Shown here: piece by piece, positions 53,001 to 63,801 of the stretch
How the letters are laid out: each line of letters opens with the position of its first letter
Numbering within the stretch: position 1 is the first letter of the stretch
NCBI GenBank assembly: GCA_046563655.1
Contig: CM102283.1
Span: 2,728,001-2,792,000, forward strand
Origin: Yuukianura sp. NJ FZ-2021
Taxonomy: Eukaryota
Direction of reading: 5' to 3'
Length of the DNA stretch: 64,000 nt
Made by a program: the position numbers and the translations under genes
The notes under the pieces: generated by a model
What the model was told of the DNA's origin: nothing
What the model saw: the letters and a program-made list of their open reading frames with translations, nothing else
Database searches by the model: none

Positions 53001-56000
53001 GGATATATTGCTGAGCTGATCAAAACTAAAAGAATGAAATTACCTTAACATCTACATATGCAATTTAAGCAATTAATTATTGTGACTTTAGAATACATGT
53101 GCTTTATTAACGCTTCAGTTTCAAAGTCTTATCCTCTTTAATACCTTCATAGCCAGAGCAGAAAATTTCCACAAATTTAAAGAATTTCACCTTCACCGGA
53201 CGGTTAGTGACCATCCTCTAGCCCTATGAACTTCGCATTCATATTTTGTTGTGATTTTTTTTTAAATTATTTATTTCTGTGATTCCTTTTGAAAAAAAAT
53301 ATTCGTACAAGTTCATTATCAAAACCCAAGGAACATAATAGAAATAAGTTGAAGAGAGTATGACAATTTTTTTAAATATTTTTTTCGGAAGAAAATCGTT
53401 ATTTTTTCTTTAATTTTACCGCCTCATGAGAGGCACCACATCAACTTAATATAAATTAACTAAGTATAAATTTAAATTTTATACTAGAAGTTAATTTTAT
53501 ATCAAGGGGAATCACGACCACTTAATACAAATTAACTAAAGTGTAAAATTAATTATTATTTTTTGTATTTTATGTTTTGCTTTAAATTAATAAAAAACGA
53601 TTTAAATAAAGTAATTAGAAAAGTAATTCTGCGATAAATTGAATCAAAATTTCATTTATCTCCGTGTGATTTTGTGGATAATTTTTCACATGTTCGAGTA
53701 TTTTATACGGAATATCCACAAAATTATTACATATTTCCCGAAAATGCCTCCTTGTTGCCAAATTCTGGGAATATTTTGCTAAATACTTTTTATATTTTCT
53801 TCACGAAATATGTTTAAAAATATGTAATATGTAAGAAAATATGTTTTGCCCTACGAAATTATGAAGAACTAAATGATTTCTTGCTCATATAATGGAATAG
53901 AGAGGACATCAGAAAAATATTTTCTAAAGAGCGACTCTATTCTATATTTAAACATTCCATATTTTCTTTAAGAAGCATTGAAATATTTACGTATTTAACA
54001 TTAAGGGCATGGGGAAAAAATAAATATGTACTATTAGAAAAGTCCAGCATATTACTTTTTTTTAACGTTGAGTGAATGTAGAGAAAATATTTTTTTCATC
54101 TCTGGATATTACAATTTTAATTGCCACTGCTTAATACTTTTTTTTATTTTCGATGGCATACTACTGTGCATGAAGTTCAAATGAATTCGATTATGTCAAA
54201 TCAAAATAACAATTTACAATTCGAATCGTTAAATATTACACCTAAATATTAAGATGTAATATCAACAAGAAACAATCAAACTTTGTTCATATAATCTTGA
54301 ATGGTTCTAGTAATACTAAGCGCGGGTCGACTCATTTCCTAAATTTGGGCGCAGTTCGATTTGATTTCGCAGTTAGGGCGCGGTTCGAGCGAAGTTCGCA
54401 AGTTCGAGGGCGCAGTTCGGTGCGGTTCGAAGAAAAATTTGCCGGGTGCAAGCGCAGTTCGGGTCGGGTCGAAGTAAGTGCAAGCGCGGGTCGGTTCGGT
54501 TCGATGTGATTTTTTGGAAGGACAAGCGCAGCGCGGTGCGGTTCGCTGGGGGTGCAGGCGCGGGTCGGGTCGGGTCGAGAGAATTTTTGCAAGGCTAAGC
54601 GCAGTTCGAAAGTTCGGCGAACCGGATATTTACATCTATGCTCACAACGAGTTTTTTTTTGACAACTGCTTTTTTATTATCTTCGGAGCCCTTGATTTTG
54701 AAATTTCTTGAAAGGAATGTCAATGTTGACGTGTTAAAAAAATCGAGTGATTGTTTCAGTTTTTTCTTACGGTTTAAATTTTCCCACGATTTCTATTTTC
54801 ACTGTTTGCCTCCAAATTCAATAACACTTGTTTGAGAAGAGAAAAAATTTACAACGTGCGAAAATTTTCAAAGCAAAAAGTTATTAGCGAAGTGACGAGG
54901 TGTTTGTATAAAGTTTCTCCTAAGACAAACATTATGATATACGTACGTGTTATTGTTATGTCTGTCTGGTGTAGTGTTTCACTTGTTAAGAAAATTTAAA
55001 TTTAGGTCAACGATCTCACCACTGTACTAACTCTACGCGTCTGTGCCTGTCAATGACATGGCGCAGACGCACTTAAAGTTTTTGATACACAAAAGAGAAA
55101 AATTAAGTTTTTGACAAACAAAAGGAAGATTCTGGTTAGTTATTTTGGAAAGTTTAATTTTAGTGCCAAACTGTTTTGAAAGTTTTTAAAGAAAATGATA
55201 CCCGCCTTTTTCAAATTTTGAAATTTAAACATAACCGCCTTGGCCATTTCGGTACGGCAAGGTTTGAGAGTGTTGTGGCGCATAACTCCGCTGGGAGGGC
55301 GGAGCCATGGAGTACTGAGACTGTGATTGGATGTCTTGTTGCGAATGAAATCGCTGCGGACTGAAGCGATTCGGAACGTAAGGATCAGCAGCAACGTGTT
55401 CCCGCTCCGGAGCGACATTTTCATGCAAATGAGCAGCAACGTGTTGCCGTTCAGGAGCGACATCTTCACGCAAATGAGCAGCAACTACGAAATTGTAAAC
55501 AAGCGCTGCCACAATGCCACCCACGAATGGTCCAAACAATGGTGCTACCCAGTAGTGCTCTTCGGTAGACCTGGAAAATTTCAAATTTTGAAATTTCATT
55601 TTCAAATTTTTGAAAATTTCAAATATGTTAGTCAACTTACGTTCCAGGGGTATAGAGAAAGACGTCACTTGCGTCGAATCCTACCGTGATGGCCATCAGT
55701 CTAGCACTAATGTCACGAGCTGGATTCAAAACGCCGCCGGCGTTTACACCAAACGTACAGCTGATTCCGACCACAGCAATGGCAAAGAACGGTCCGTACA
55801 TGAATTTCGGAACTTTCATGTTTCGCGGGTCAATGACCGCCAATCCAGCCAAGCACAACAGGGCAGTTCCAATGACCTAGAGGAAGGCAAAAGGTCATTG
55901 ACCTTTGACCTTTCAAAATTTGACCTTTGACCTTAAAAAATTTACGTTTACCTGATCTGCAAAGGCGATTCCCATTAAAGCTTTAGGCATCGGTGCAAAA

Positions 56001-59000
56001 GCTCCAGCCAAAGGTGCACATCCTAACCAATCCAAGTGACCTTCACAGTGGCTCGGGATCAAAGAGTCTGTTAGAATACACATGTCAAGGTCAAAGGTCA
56101 AAAATGTAGAATCAAAAAGGTCAAAGGTCATCGCAGGTCAAAGTTAGATTTTACCCATGTAGAGGGTGTAGGCTACGCCAGATCCAAAGTAAGCCCCAGT
56201 GAATTGTGCGCAGACGTAGACTGGCACCTTGGCCCAACTCGTAGCTCCAGAAATTGCGGTGGCAATTGTAAATGCCTTTAAAATTACAATATTGATAAAA
56301 ATTAATTAACTTTTGAATTAACTATTTCATTTATAAATTAATGAATTCTTACTGGATTAACGTGTGCACCACTCAATCCTCCGAAAACTGTGATTGCCAC
56401 TAGTAGACCAATGGACCCTCCAAGCATCCCCATCAACCAGCTTCCAAATTCTCCATATGTTCCAGCCATTACCGTAGCTTGGCAACCAGCACCAACAACG
56501 AACAGCTAAAATTCAAAATTCTGAAAAATTAAAAACCGAAAACCCCAAAATTCAAAATTTTGAAAACCTACCATTAGTACAAATGTTGCTACAAATTCTC
56601 CAAGGGCAGCAGTTAGATATTTATTTTGAATCGAAGCATTTGCTCTTAGAAAATCTTGTAATGGTGTTACTCCCCTGCGGTTACCCATTTTCAAAAACCC
56701 TCCAAAACCCAAATTTTGAGAAAATCAAAATGGAAACTTTTTTTTTTCTGAAAACTGGATTTTGGAAGCGTAGATGCGTATTTGAAGACTAAGAGATGAA
56801 GGCCTCGTATCATTTTGAGTGATTTCATTGAATTGTGGCTTATCATTTATCTGGATTAAGCTACAGATTAAGAGCCTACTTAACACATAAACCCAAATGT
56901 TGCAAAAATTGTACAAATCGAAAAAACATAAGCTGTTTGCTAAAAAACGTGTGAACATCAAAAATTATGAACTGACTAGCAAAGTTTTAGTTTTCTAATC
57001 TTCAGTTGATATGTTGCGTCACGTTTACCGTCACTTCATATCTTGGACAAGGATTTACGACTAGTTACTTCCTCCAAATTTTAATCCTTAACTTCATAAA
57101 CTTTTTTTCTAGAAAATCTGAAGGTCACGAGGTCATAAATTTTTGTGATTTTGATTGACAGTGGTGATTCAGGTTCAAGTGCGATACGCGTGTTTTGCAC
57201 AAATTTGAAAAATTTTACAAAGAAATTTGCCGCTAATCGAACGCGTGTTATTCAAAACTCAATGGTTTAGTCAAAATGTATTCCCCACTTGTATTAATGT
57301 TTAATTGCTGATCAAGTTTTGATTAAATTTCAGATCGAATATGTCATTATTGTTCGTTATCGTTTGTACATGCCTTTGTGTTGTAGTTCATTTTGTTCCC
57401 AGTGTAGATATTGATTTGATTTTTGATGCTTCAATCCTGGAAACGTCTTAGGTTGAAGTAAACCAGAAATAGATCTAACCTCACCTTTATGCGACACACA
57501 ATTTCCACATAAACTTTAGCCGTTTTGAAATTTGGAATTTTGCTTGTAATATACTCTAAAAAGAGTTTCGGGCATTGTTACGATCCTTTGAAAATTGGAA
57601 GTAATTTCAAACGGACCTTTTAGAAGAAAGTGCCAATTACAATTTATTGTATCTGATTTGATTCACAAGCTGTGAGTGCATGCCATTAGACCAAAGAAAT
57701 TAGGTAGGCAGGAAAGAGGTAAGCAATATATTTAGGTGATTTTTATGAGCTAATGGGTGCTTAGGTACAAGTTAGAACCTGTATTGGTGGTGTTTCATAA
57801 GAAATATTACTCAGCTGTCCTATGTACTCAGACCCGTCATCATACGTGTACCAGATCTTAGTCGTCTGATCAAACGGAACCCTACCGAGGAACTTGTACC
57901 TTACGTTCTCGAAATCTCGACCGGTATGCATGATTCCCGAGTAGTGTAACAAATCCTTAGGATGGTCCGGTTCAATCCGAACTCCAACCGGCACGGGATT
58001 GGGTGGAACTTGTCCAGTTTTACCGAGGTCCACGTATTTATAATTTTGGCCCGTAAGAATTTCATGGTGGTAACCTTCGCCCACAACATTTTCAACTCCA
58101 CCGTATGGATAGACACATTTCCATTGGTCGTTTTCCCGCCAAGCCTTTCCAGGAATAAGAGTCATGCCATATTTGTCTGTTTTAAGAGCCACTCTGCAGA
58201 CATACTCGTCGCGTTGCTTCATCGTTTCTGTTCTTGGAACGGCGATAAACGCTTCGCTGATGTCTGCGATCTTGGAGGGATGTTTGAACCCCTCGTCAGA
58301 ACACTCTGTGCCACTGCGACCTTTAGGTTTTAAATTCTTTGGACAGTTTGATTTGGACATTAGAGCAGCCATCTCTTCAACGGTTATTAACACTGGCTTG
58401 ACTGGAAATAAACAAGAACGTCAAGATTTTTGTAAGCTAGACTACAGTGTTGGTAGATATCCACTTTCACGGCATTTCATCCACGGCGGATATCCAGTGG
58501 AAGAAATGGACGAAAGTGGCGGAGCTTTGCCCTCGGGATTTCCATTAATTGAATATAAAAAGCTGGAAAAATGAAAATATGGTAACAAAGACGAAGTAAA
58601 TATCGCTTCTGAAATAAGTTTTACATAATTAATTTTAACGCCGAAAGAAAAGCTTTTTGACACATCATTTTGTAATTTAAAATTTGGATTGTCTTGAATT
58701 TCGCGCTAAATTTTGGATTTCTTCCGTCCACTAAAAGTTTCGTCCATTTCGGGTTCATTTCTTCCAGTGGATATCCATTTGAAGTGGCAATTTAAGCCAC
58801 TGGACGTTTAGTTATCCATCAACACTCCAAACTAGACTTCACGATTCAACAACTAAAAAAACATACTATCTTATTGTTCCTTAAGAACAAGAGTAAATTT
58901 GAATTCAACCGCCAGTTTTTTTATAGCCGGGTTAGAATGAGTTAAAAAATGGCCGCTGAACACAAATTCAAACTTACTCTCCTTTTTTAAGGAACAAAGC

Positions 59001-62000
59001 GGTACCTGGACTGTCTTCGGTTTTTACTACTCTCTGACCTGGTGGAGCATCCGAACTGCCCCCTTGTGCTTTAACTACAGAATAAATTAAATTTTAAATA
59101 AAAAAAATTCAAAAATTGTTCGCTGTGTTATAAAATTGTGAACCCACGAATAGCTGACGCCAACATGATGCATGTCGCGAGTAGATTAAATGTTTTCATT
59201 CTCCAACGTTGACTAAATCAATTACTCTACGATTTCAAACTGTAGGTAACAAGATGTACGTGTTTGTGTTTTGCAGTGACCAACTATGTACAATACCGTT
59301 ATTATTTTCGTATCATCGGTTCACTTTCACTTATTCAAGGCCCTTTAAATCATAAAATTATCAAGAATTTCTCATTGTCTCTGCCAACAATAACATTTTA
59401 ACATTGAAACTTCCTTTAAAATTTAAATTATTTAATTTCCCGGTCCATGAGCGACTCTTACACTTTGGTATTGAACAAAATTAATTTCAAGTTAAGAAAT
59501 ATATGAAATAAATGTTCCCCAAAAATGTTTTGATTTGTGGGTACATGTAGAAGCGACCGATTCACTTCAACCTTAGACGTTTCTAGGGGTGACATGACGC
59601 ATTAAAAATCAAGTCTACAAGCAAGATAAATAGAATACTACAAGTAAAACCGGAAAAAAAGAGAATATATCCAATGTCACGTTGAATTACTCACACCTCA
59701 GATCGAATATGTCATTATTGTTCGTTAACGTTTTTGCACAGAACTTTATATTGTAACCTAAAGTAACCTTAAATTTATTTCAAGTTTACCTAATTGCATC
59801 GCGTAACCTATTATACAGATTACCTCATTTCTGCTTAAGTAATTTTTTTTGAGCTAATGGGTGCTTAGGTGCAAGTTAGAACCTGTATTGGTGGGTAACT
59901 ATAGGACATATTACCCTGCTGTCCTATGTATTCATACCCGTCATCATACGTGTACCAGATCTTAATCGTCTGATCAACCGGAACCCTACCGAGAAACTTG
60001 TACCTTACGTTCTCGAAATCTGGACCGGTATGCATGATTCCCGAGTAGTGTATTACATCCTTAGGTTGTGGGTCCGGTACATCCCTAATTCCAACCGGCA
60101 CGGGATTGGGTGGAACTTCTCCATGTTTACCTAGGTCCTGAAATCTATAATTTCGGCCCGTAAGAATTTCGTAGTAGTAACCTTCTGGCAAAGTATTTTC
60201 AACTCCACCGTATGGATATACACATTTCCATTTGCCGTTTTCCCGCCATGCCTTCCCGGGAATAAGTGTGTGGCCATATTTGTCTGTGTTAAGCAACACC
60301 CTGCAGACATACTCGTCGCGTTGCTTCATCGTTTGTGTACTTGGAACGGCGATAAACGCTTCGCTGATGTCTTCGATGAATCCGGGATGTTTGAACCCCT
60401 TGTCAGAACATTCTGTGCCACTGCGACCTTGAGGTTTTAAATTTTTTGGACATTTGGATTTGGCCAGTCGAGCAGCCATCTCTTCCGCGGTCAATTTCAC
60501 TGGCTTCCCTGGAGATAAACAACAACGTCAAGATTTTCGTAAGCAGTGTTGATGGATATCAACTTTTCCGACATTTCATCCATGACTGGATATCCAGTGG
60601 AAGAAATGGACGAAATGGATGAATCCAAATGGGGCGGGGCTTTACTTGCGGGACTTGCGTTTATTTGTATACAAACAAATAGAAAAGTTAAAATACAGTA
60701 GTACAAAAACAAAGTAAATAAATAATTACGTTTAAATTAATTAACTGATTTCAACAGTGAAAGGGAAGTTTTTCTTTGCAATTATTTTGTTTTTTTTTAA
60801 TTTCGCGCTAAATTTTTGAGTTCTTGCATCCACTAAAAGTTTCGTCCATTTCGGGTTCATTTCTTCCAGTGGATATCCAGTGGAAGTGGCAAGTAAGCCA
60901 CTGGCCGTTTAAGCAACCACCAACACTGTTTGTAAGCTAGACTAGACCTAGTGTGTTGATGTCTAACATAGTGTCTTCATAGTGTCTTGCTCCCTAGGAA
61001 CAAAAGTAAATTTGAATTCAGCCGCCAGTTTGTTATAGGTAGCCAAGAAGTCGCGGTTGAAAACAAATTCAAAGTTACTCTCGTCCTTTAAGGAACAAAG
61101 CGGTACCTGGACTGTCTTCCGTTTTTGTTACTCTCTGACCCGGTGGAACATCCAAATTGCCCCCTTGCACTTTAACTACAGAAAAAATGAAATTTTAAAT
61201 AAACAAAATGCAAAAATTGTTCGCTTTGTTGTAAAATTCTGAACCAACGCACGAATAGCTGACGCCAAAATGATACACATATCGAGCAGTTTAAATGTTT
61301 TCATTCTCCAACGTTGACCAAATAAATTACTCTGCGATTTCAAACTGCAGGTGACAAGTTGTACTAGATGTTTGTGTGTATGCAGTGACCAACTATTTGC
61401 AATAACATTATTGTTTTGGTATCATCGGTTCAGTTTCACTTATTCAAGGCATTTTTGATCATAAAATTATGAAGAATTTTTCATTGTCTGATTGCCAACA
61501 ATAACATTTTAACATTAAAACATTCACACTAACATTAACTTAAGACAAGTGCAAAAATGTTTTGATTTGTGGGTGCATGTAGAGGTGACCTATTCACTTC
61601 AACTTAAGACGTTTCTAGGAGCGACCCATTAACAATCAAATCTACAATTGAAAAAAAATGGATATTGTATCTAAAGTTACGCTGAATTAGTCACACCGAT
61701 CTCTGACAAAAAAAAAATAATTCCGAAATCAGATTACTAAGATTTGAGTTTTTGACGAAAGTGTGCTAAAAGTTAACCTAATCTTAAGATTAGGTTAGAC
61801 ATGTAAATTTAAGTACAAAGAGGAAAATTTCTGCACAATGGAAAATTGTAAATTTAGTGCATGTGTAAGTTTCTGAAGGAAAAAGTGCATTGAAACCTAA
61901 CGGTACAATTTTTAAAGCGTTGCATTGCAAAAAAGTGTGACAATTTGGACTTTACCGTTAATGAAATTAGGCCGTACTTTACTGTTCTACAAAACGAAAA

Positions 62001-63801
62001 AAAAGTATGCTGATCTTGGATTATTGTTCTATTGTTAAAGAGTTAATCGGTAGCGTGGTTACGCGTAATCAAGATGTTAAGATAATTTTTTAATTTTTTA
62101 ATCTAACAGCACCGTCACCGACCATGAATCAACTTTTTCTGAGTCATTTTCAAAAATTTAGTTTCGAAAAACGATGTTGCAGAGATTTGTCTTTTACGCA
62201 CGAGTTTCCATATTGAAAATTAAAATTCACTTTAGCAATTTTTTGAAATTAAAAAAAAATGAATTTACTTCAAAATTTGAAATGCCAAAAGCGATTGAAG
62301 GAGAGATGGATGAGTGCTGAAATACTTATCGGTTACGTTTAAAGAATTAATTAATGAAATCGGCGTTGTTTGTCTGTCTGTCTGTCTGTTTGCAATCTCG
62401 TTTTCAAAATTTTGTTTTTTTTTTTAAATTTTTTTTTAGGTTGGAATGAGTGGTGATACTGGGAGTGACTTGTACGAAATTCCAGACGGGAAACCAGTAC
62501 ATGTGACACCACTGCCAATACTGTCCAGCACATCAACAGTACCGGAGTGGCTCCAGAAAGTTGAGGCCCACCACAAACGAGAATCTCTGCTACTTGGCAA
62601 GTATCCACCGATTATCCCACCATCTTCATCATCTCCACCAGCAGTAGATGAGAACGTCAAACCACAAGCTGCAGTTTACATTGAAAATGTACTTCTTCCC
62701 ACAAGGGCAACTAAGGTAAGAAAAAAAAAGTTACCGTAAATGTTCTATTAAATAGCTCCGAAATGTTTACGCCCATCTATTTGGAGATTTGAACACGCAG
62801 ACGCATAAAACCACGCATACCTTATTGTAGTCGAAACAAAGTCCAGCCATTATTTGAAACTTTACGGTAAAAAGTTAAGTTAAGGTAAAGGTAAGTTACA
62901 ATTATTTTGGTGTGTAGTCATGTGTGACCTAATGGTTGAAGCAGAAAATTTCAGAACAAGTGAAACTGTCTGAGAATTTTTATTGTAGAAAAAAATTCAA
63001 AGTTGAAAGTACAACTTGAAAATCCTGTTTGAATTTTTCAAAATGTTGCAGAGCTTAATGGAATAATTTAGATACACAAAGTGTGAAATTTGAAACAGTA
63101 AAAAGCCATGTTCTCGAGAGTCGTTAAAACCATTAAAGTTCAATGTCGCAGTAAATTTCAACTTGATGAACTTTAAAGTTATAATTACAGTATAATTGGA
63201 CTTCTCAATTAAAAGGAGTAAAATTTTCATCAAAGAGAAAGTTAAGTTGCGAAAAGAGAAGATTCTCTGTAATTTTATTGTCATTAATCAAGTAGAGTAA
63301 TTGTTCTCTTAAGTAATTAATGTTTTGGAACAATCTTCACAAAAAATAGCCTAGCATAATTTAAACTAACGTTAAGGTTAAGGTTAACCTAACCGAGTTA
63401 ATATCCTAATCTTGCGTCCTAAAAACTTTAACAAAATTTTGAATTTGTTTAGTGGAAAAAATTATATTTGGTAGTTCACATTCTCTACATTTTTCAATTT
63501 TTTAAAAAATAGAACAAATAATTATTTATTGCTAATTTGCATATTTTTTTTGCACAGGATGACGATTCTAAAAACTTTATCGAAGCACTCAAGCGCAAAC
63601 TGAGTCAGAAGAATCTGTTGGCTGGTTTACCTGGACAAAACACCAACAGCAATAACGTCAACAACAATAATGTCAACAGCAGTAGTATCAACAACAACAA
63701 TGCAAAACCATGTTCTGGCTCTGGTAACAACAGAATCAACAACAATTTACCCAAGAGTCAAAGTCATGTTGAACTTGAGAGGCTCAGTTCAATTGAAACC
63801 G
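47078..63801 (+). CDS. 5' exons of a putative signalling adaptor (possibly SLP-76/BLNK-like) with a ~15-kb first intron; continues beyond the window
   Basis: Exon 47078-47164 (MLANNCEDDLDETWGSDFDDDVEEDTNPK|gtaaga, phase 0) joins in frame to 62440-62715 (VGMSGDTGSDLYEIPD..PPIIPP..) and 63558-63801. The joining and the family are inferred; no SH2 domain is visible in the window. Confidence 0.5.
49745..50015. repeat. Degenerate ~30-bp minisatellite
   Basis: About 9 units of gt.acaatttttcagac...tgcaccac. Confidence 0.75.
51263..52197 (+). mobile_element. Internally deleted pogo/Tigger-type DNA transposon with transposase pseudogene
   Basis: TA|CCGTAAATGCTCTAAT..AAGCGCG ... CGCGCTTATATTAGAGCATTTACGG|TA. 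Remnant ORF RSFDLSFKLKVVQYA..AAHFGIHRKQVFSWLKQ (Brinker-like HTH), then CENP-B HTH-like VYDWILNQR..IRVKARE..FQAS..FMKRHDLSLR and FFDMP, broken by frameshifts and a stop. Confidence 0.9.
52434..54640. mobile_element. 2.2-kb non-autonomous hAT-type element
   Basis: Perfect 8-bp TSD CTCACAAC (52426-52433, 54641-54648). TIRs CAGAGATGTAAAT..GGTTCGCCGAACTTT / AAAGTTCGGCGAACC..ATTTACATCTATG. GC-rich subterminal GGTTCG/GGGTCG repeats and an AT-rich non-coding interior. Confidence 0.88.
55225..56688 (-). CDS. Aquaglyceroporin (MIP family, Glp type)
   Basis: Six exons: MGNRR..ALGEFVATFVLM / LFVVGAGCQA..SGAHVNP / AFTIA..AQFTGAYFG / ..FADQ / VIGTALL..DPRN..GVNAGGVLNPARDISARL / YWVAPLFGPFVGGIVAALVY. Both NPA and NPARD boxes are present. 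Confidence 0.93.
57761..59199 (-). CDS. Secreted DM9-repeat (DUF3421) protein, copy 1
   Basis: Signal exon MKTFNLLATCIMLASAI, short exon LKAQGG..EDSP, main exon with YVCRV..LIPGK..CVYPYGGVE..EILT and GQVPPNPVPVG..LGRV..IWYTYDDG.E..IQVLTC (two DM9-like repeats). Confidence 0.78.
58445..58827. mobile_element. hAT-like MITE (CAGTGTTG family) in intron 2 of DM9 copy 1
   Basis: Termini CAGTGTTGGTAGATA ... TATCCATCAACACTC, with internal ggatatccagtgga / gacgaaa inverted motifs. Confidence 0.75.
59865..61304 (-). CDS. Secreted DM9-repeat (DUF3421) protein, copy 2
   Basis: Tandem paralog with the same three coding exons (MKTFKLLDMCIILASAI / LKVQGG..EDSP / GKPVKLTAEEM..IQVLTCT). Confidence 0.78.
60544..60928. 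mobile_element. hAT-like MITE (CAGTGTTG family) in intron 2 of DM9 copy 2
   Basis: CAGTGTTGATGG ... CCACCAACACTG, flanked by an 8-bp TSD ttcgtaag/tttgtaag (7/8 match). Confidence 0.82.
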
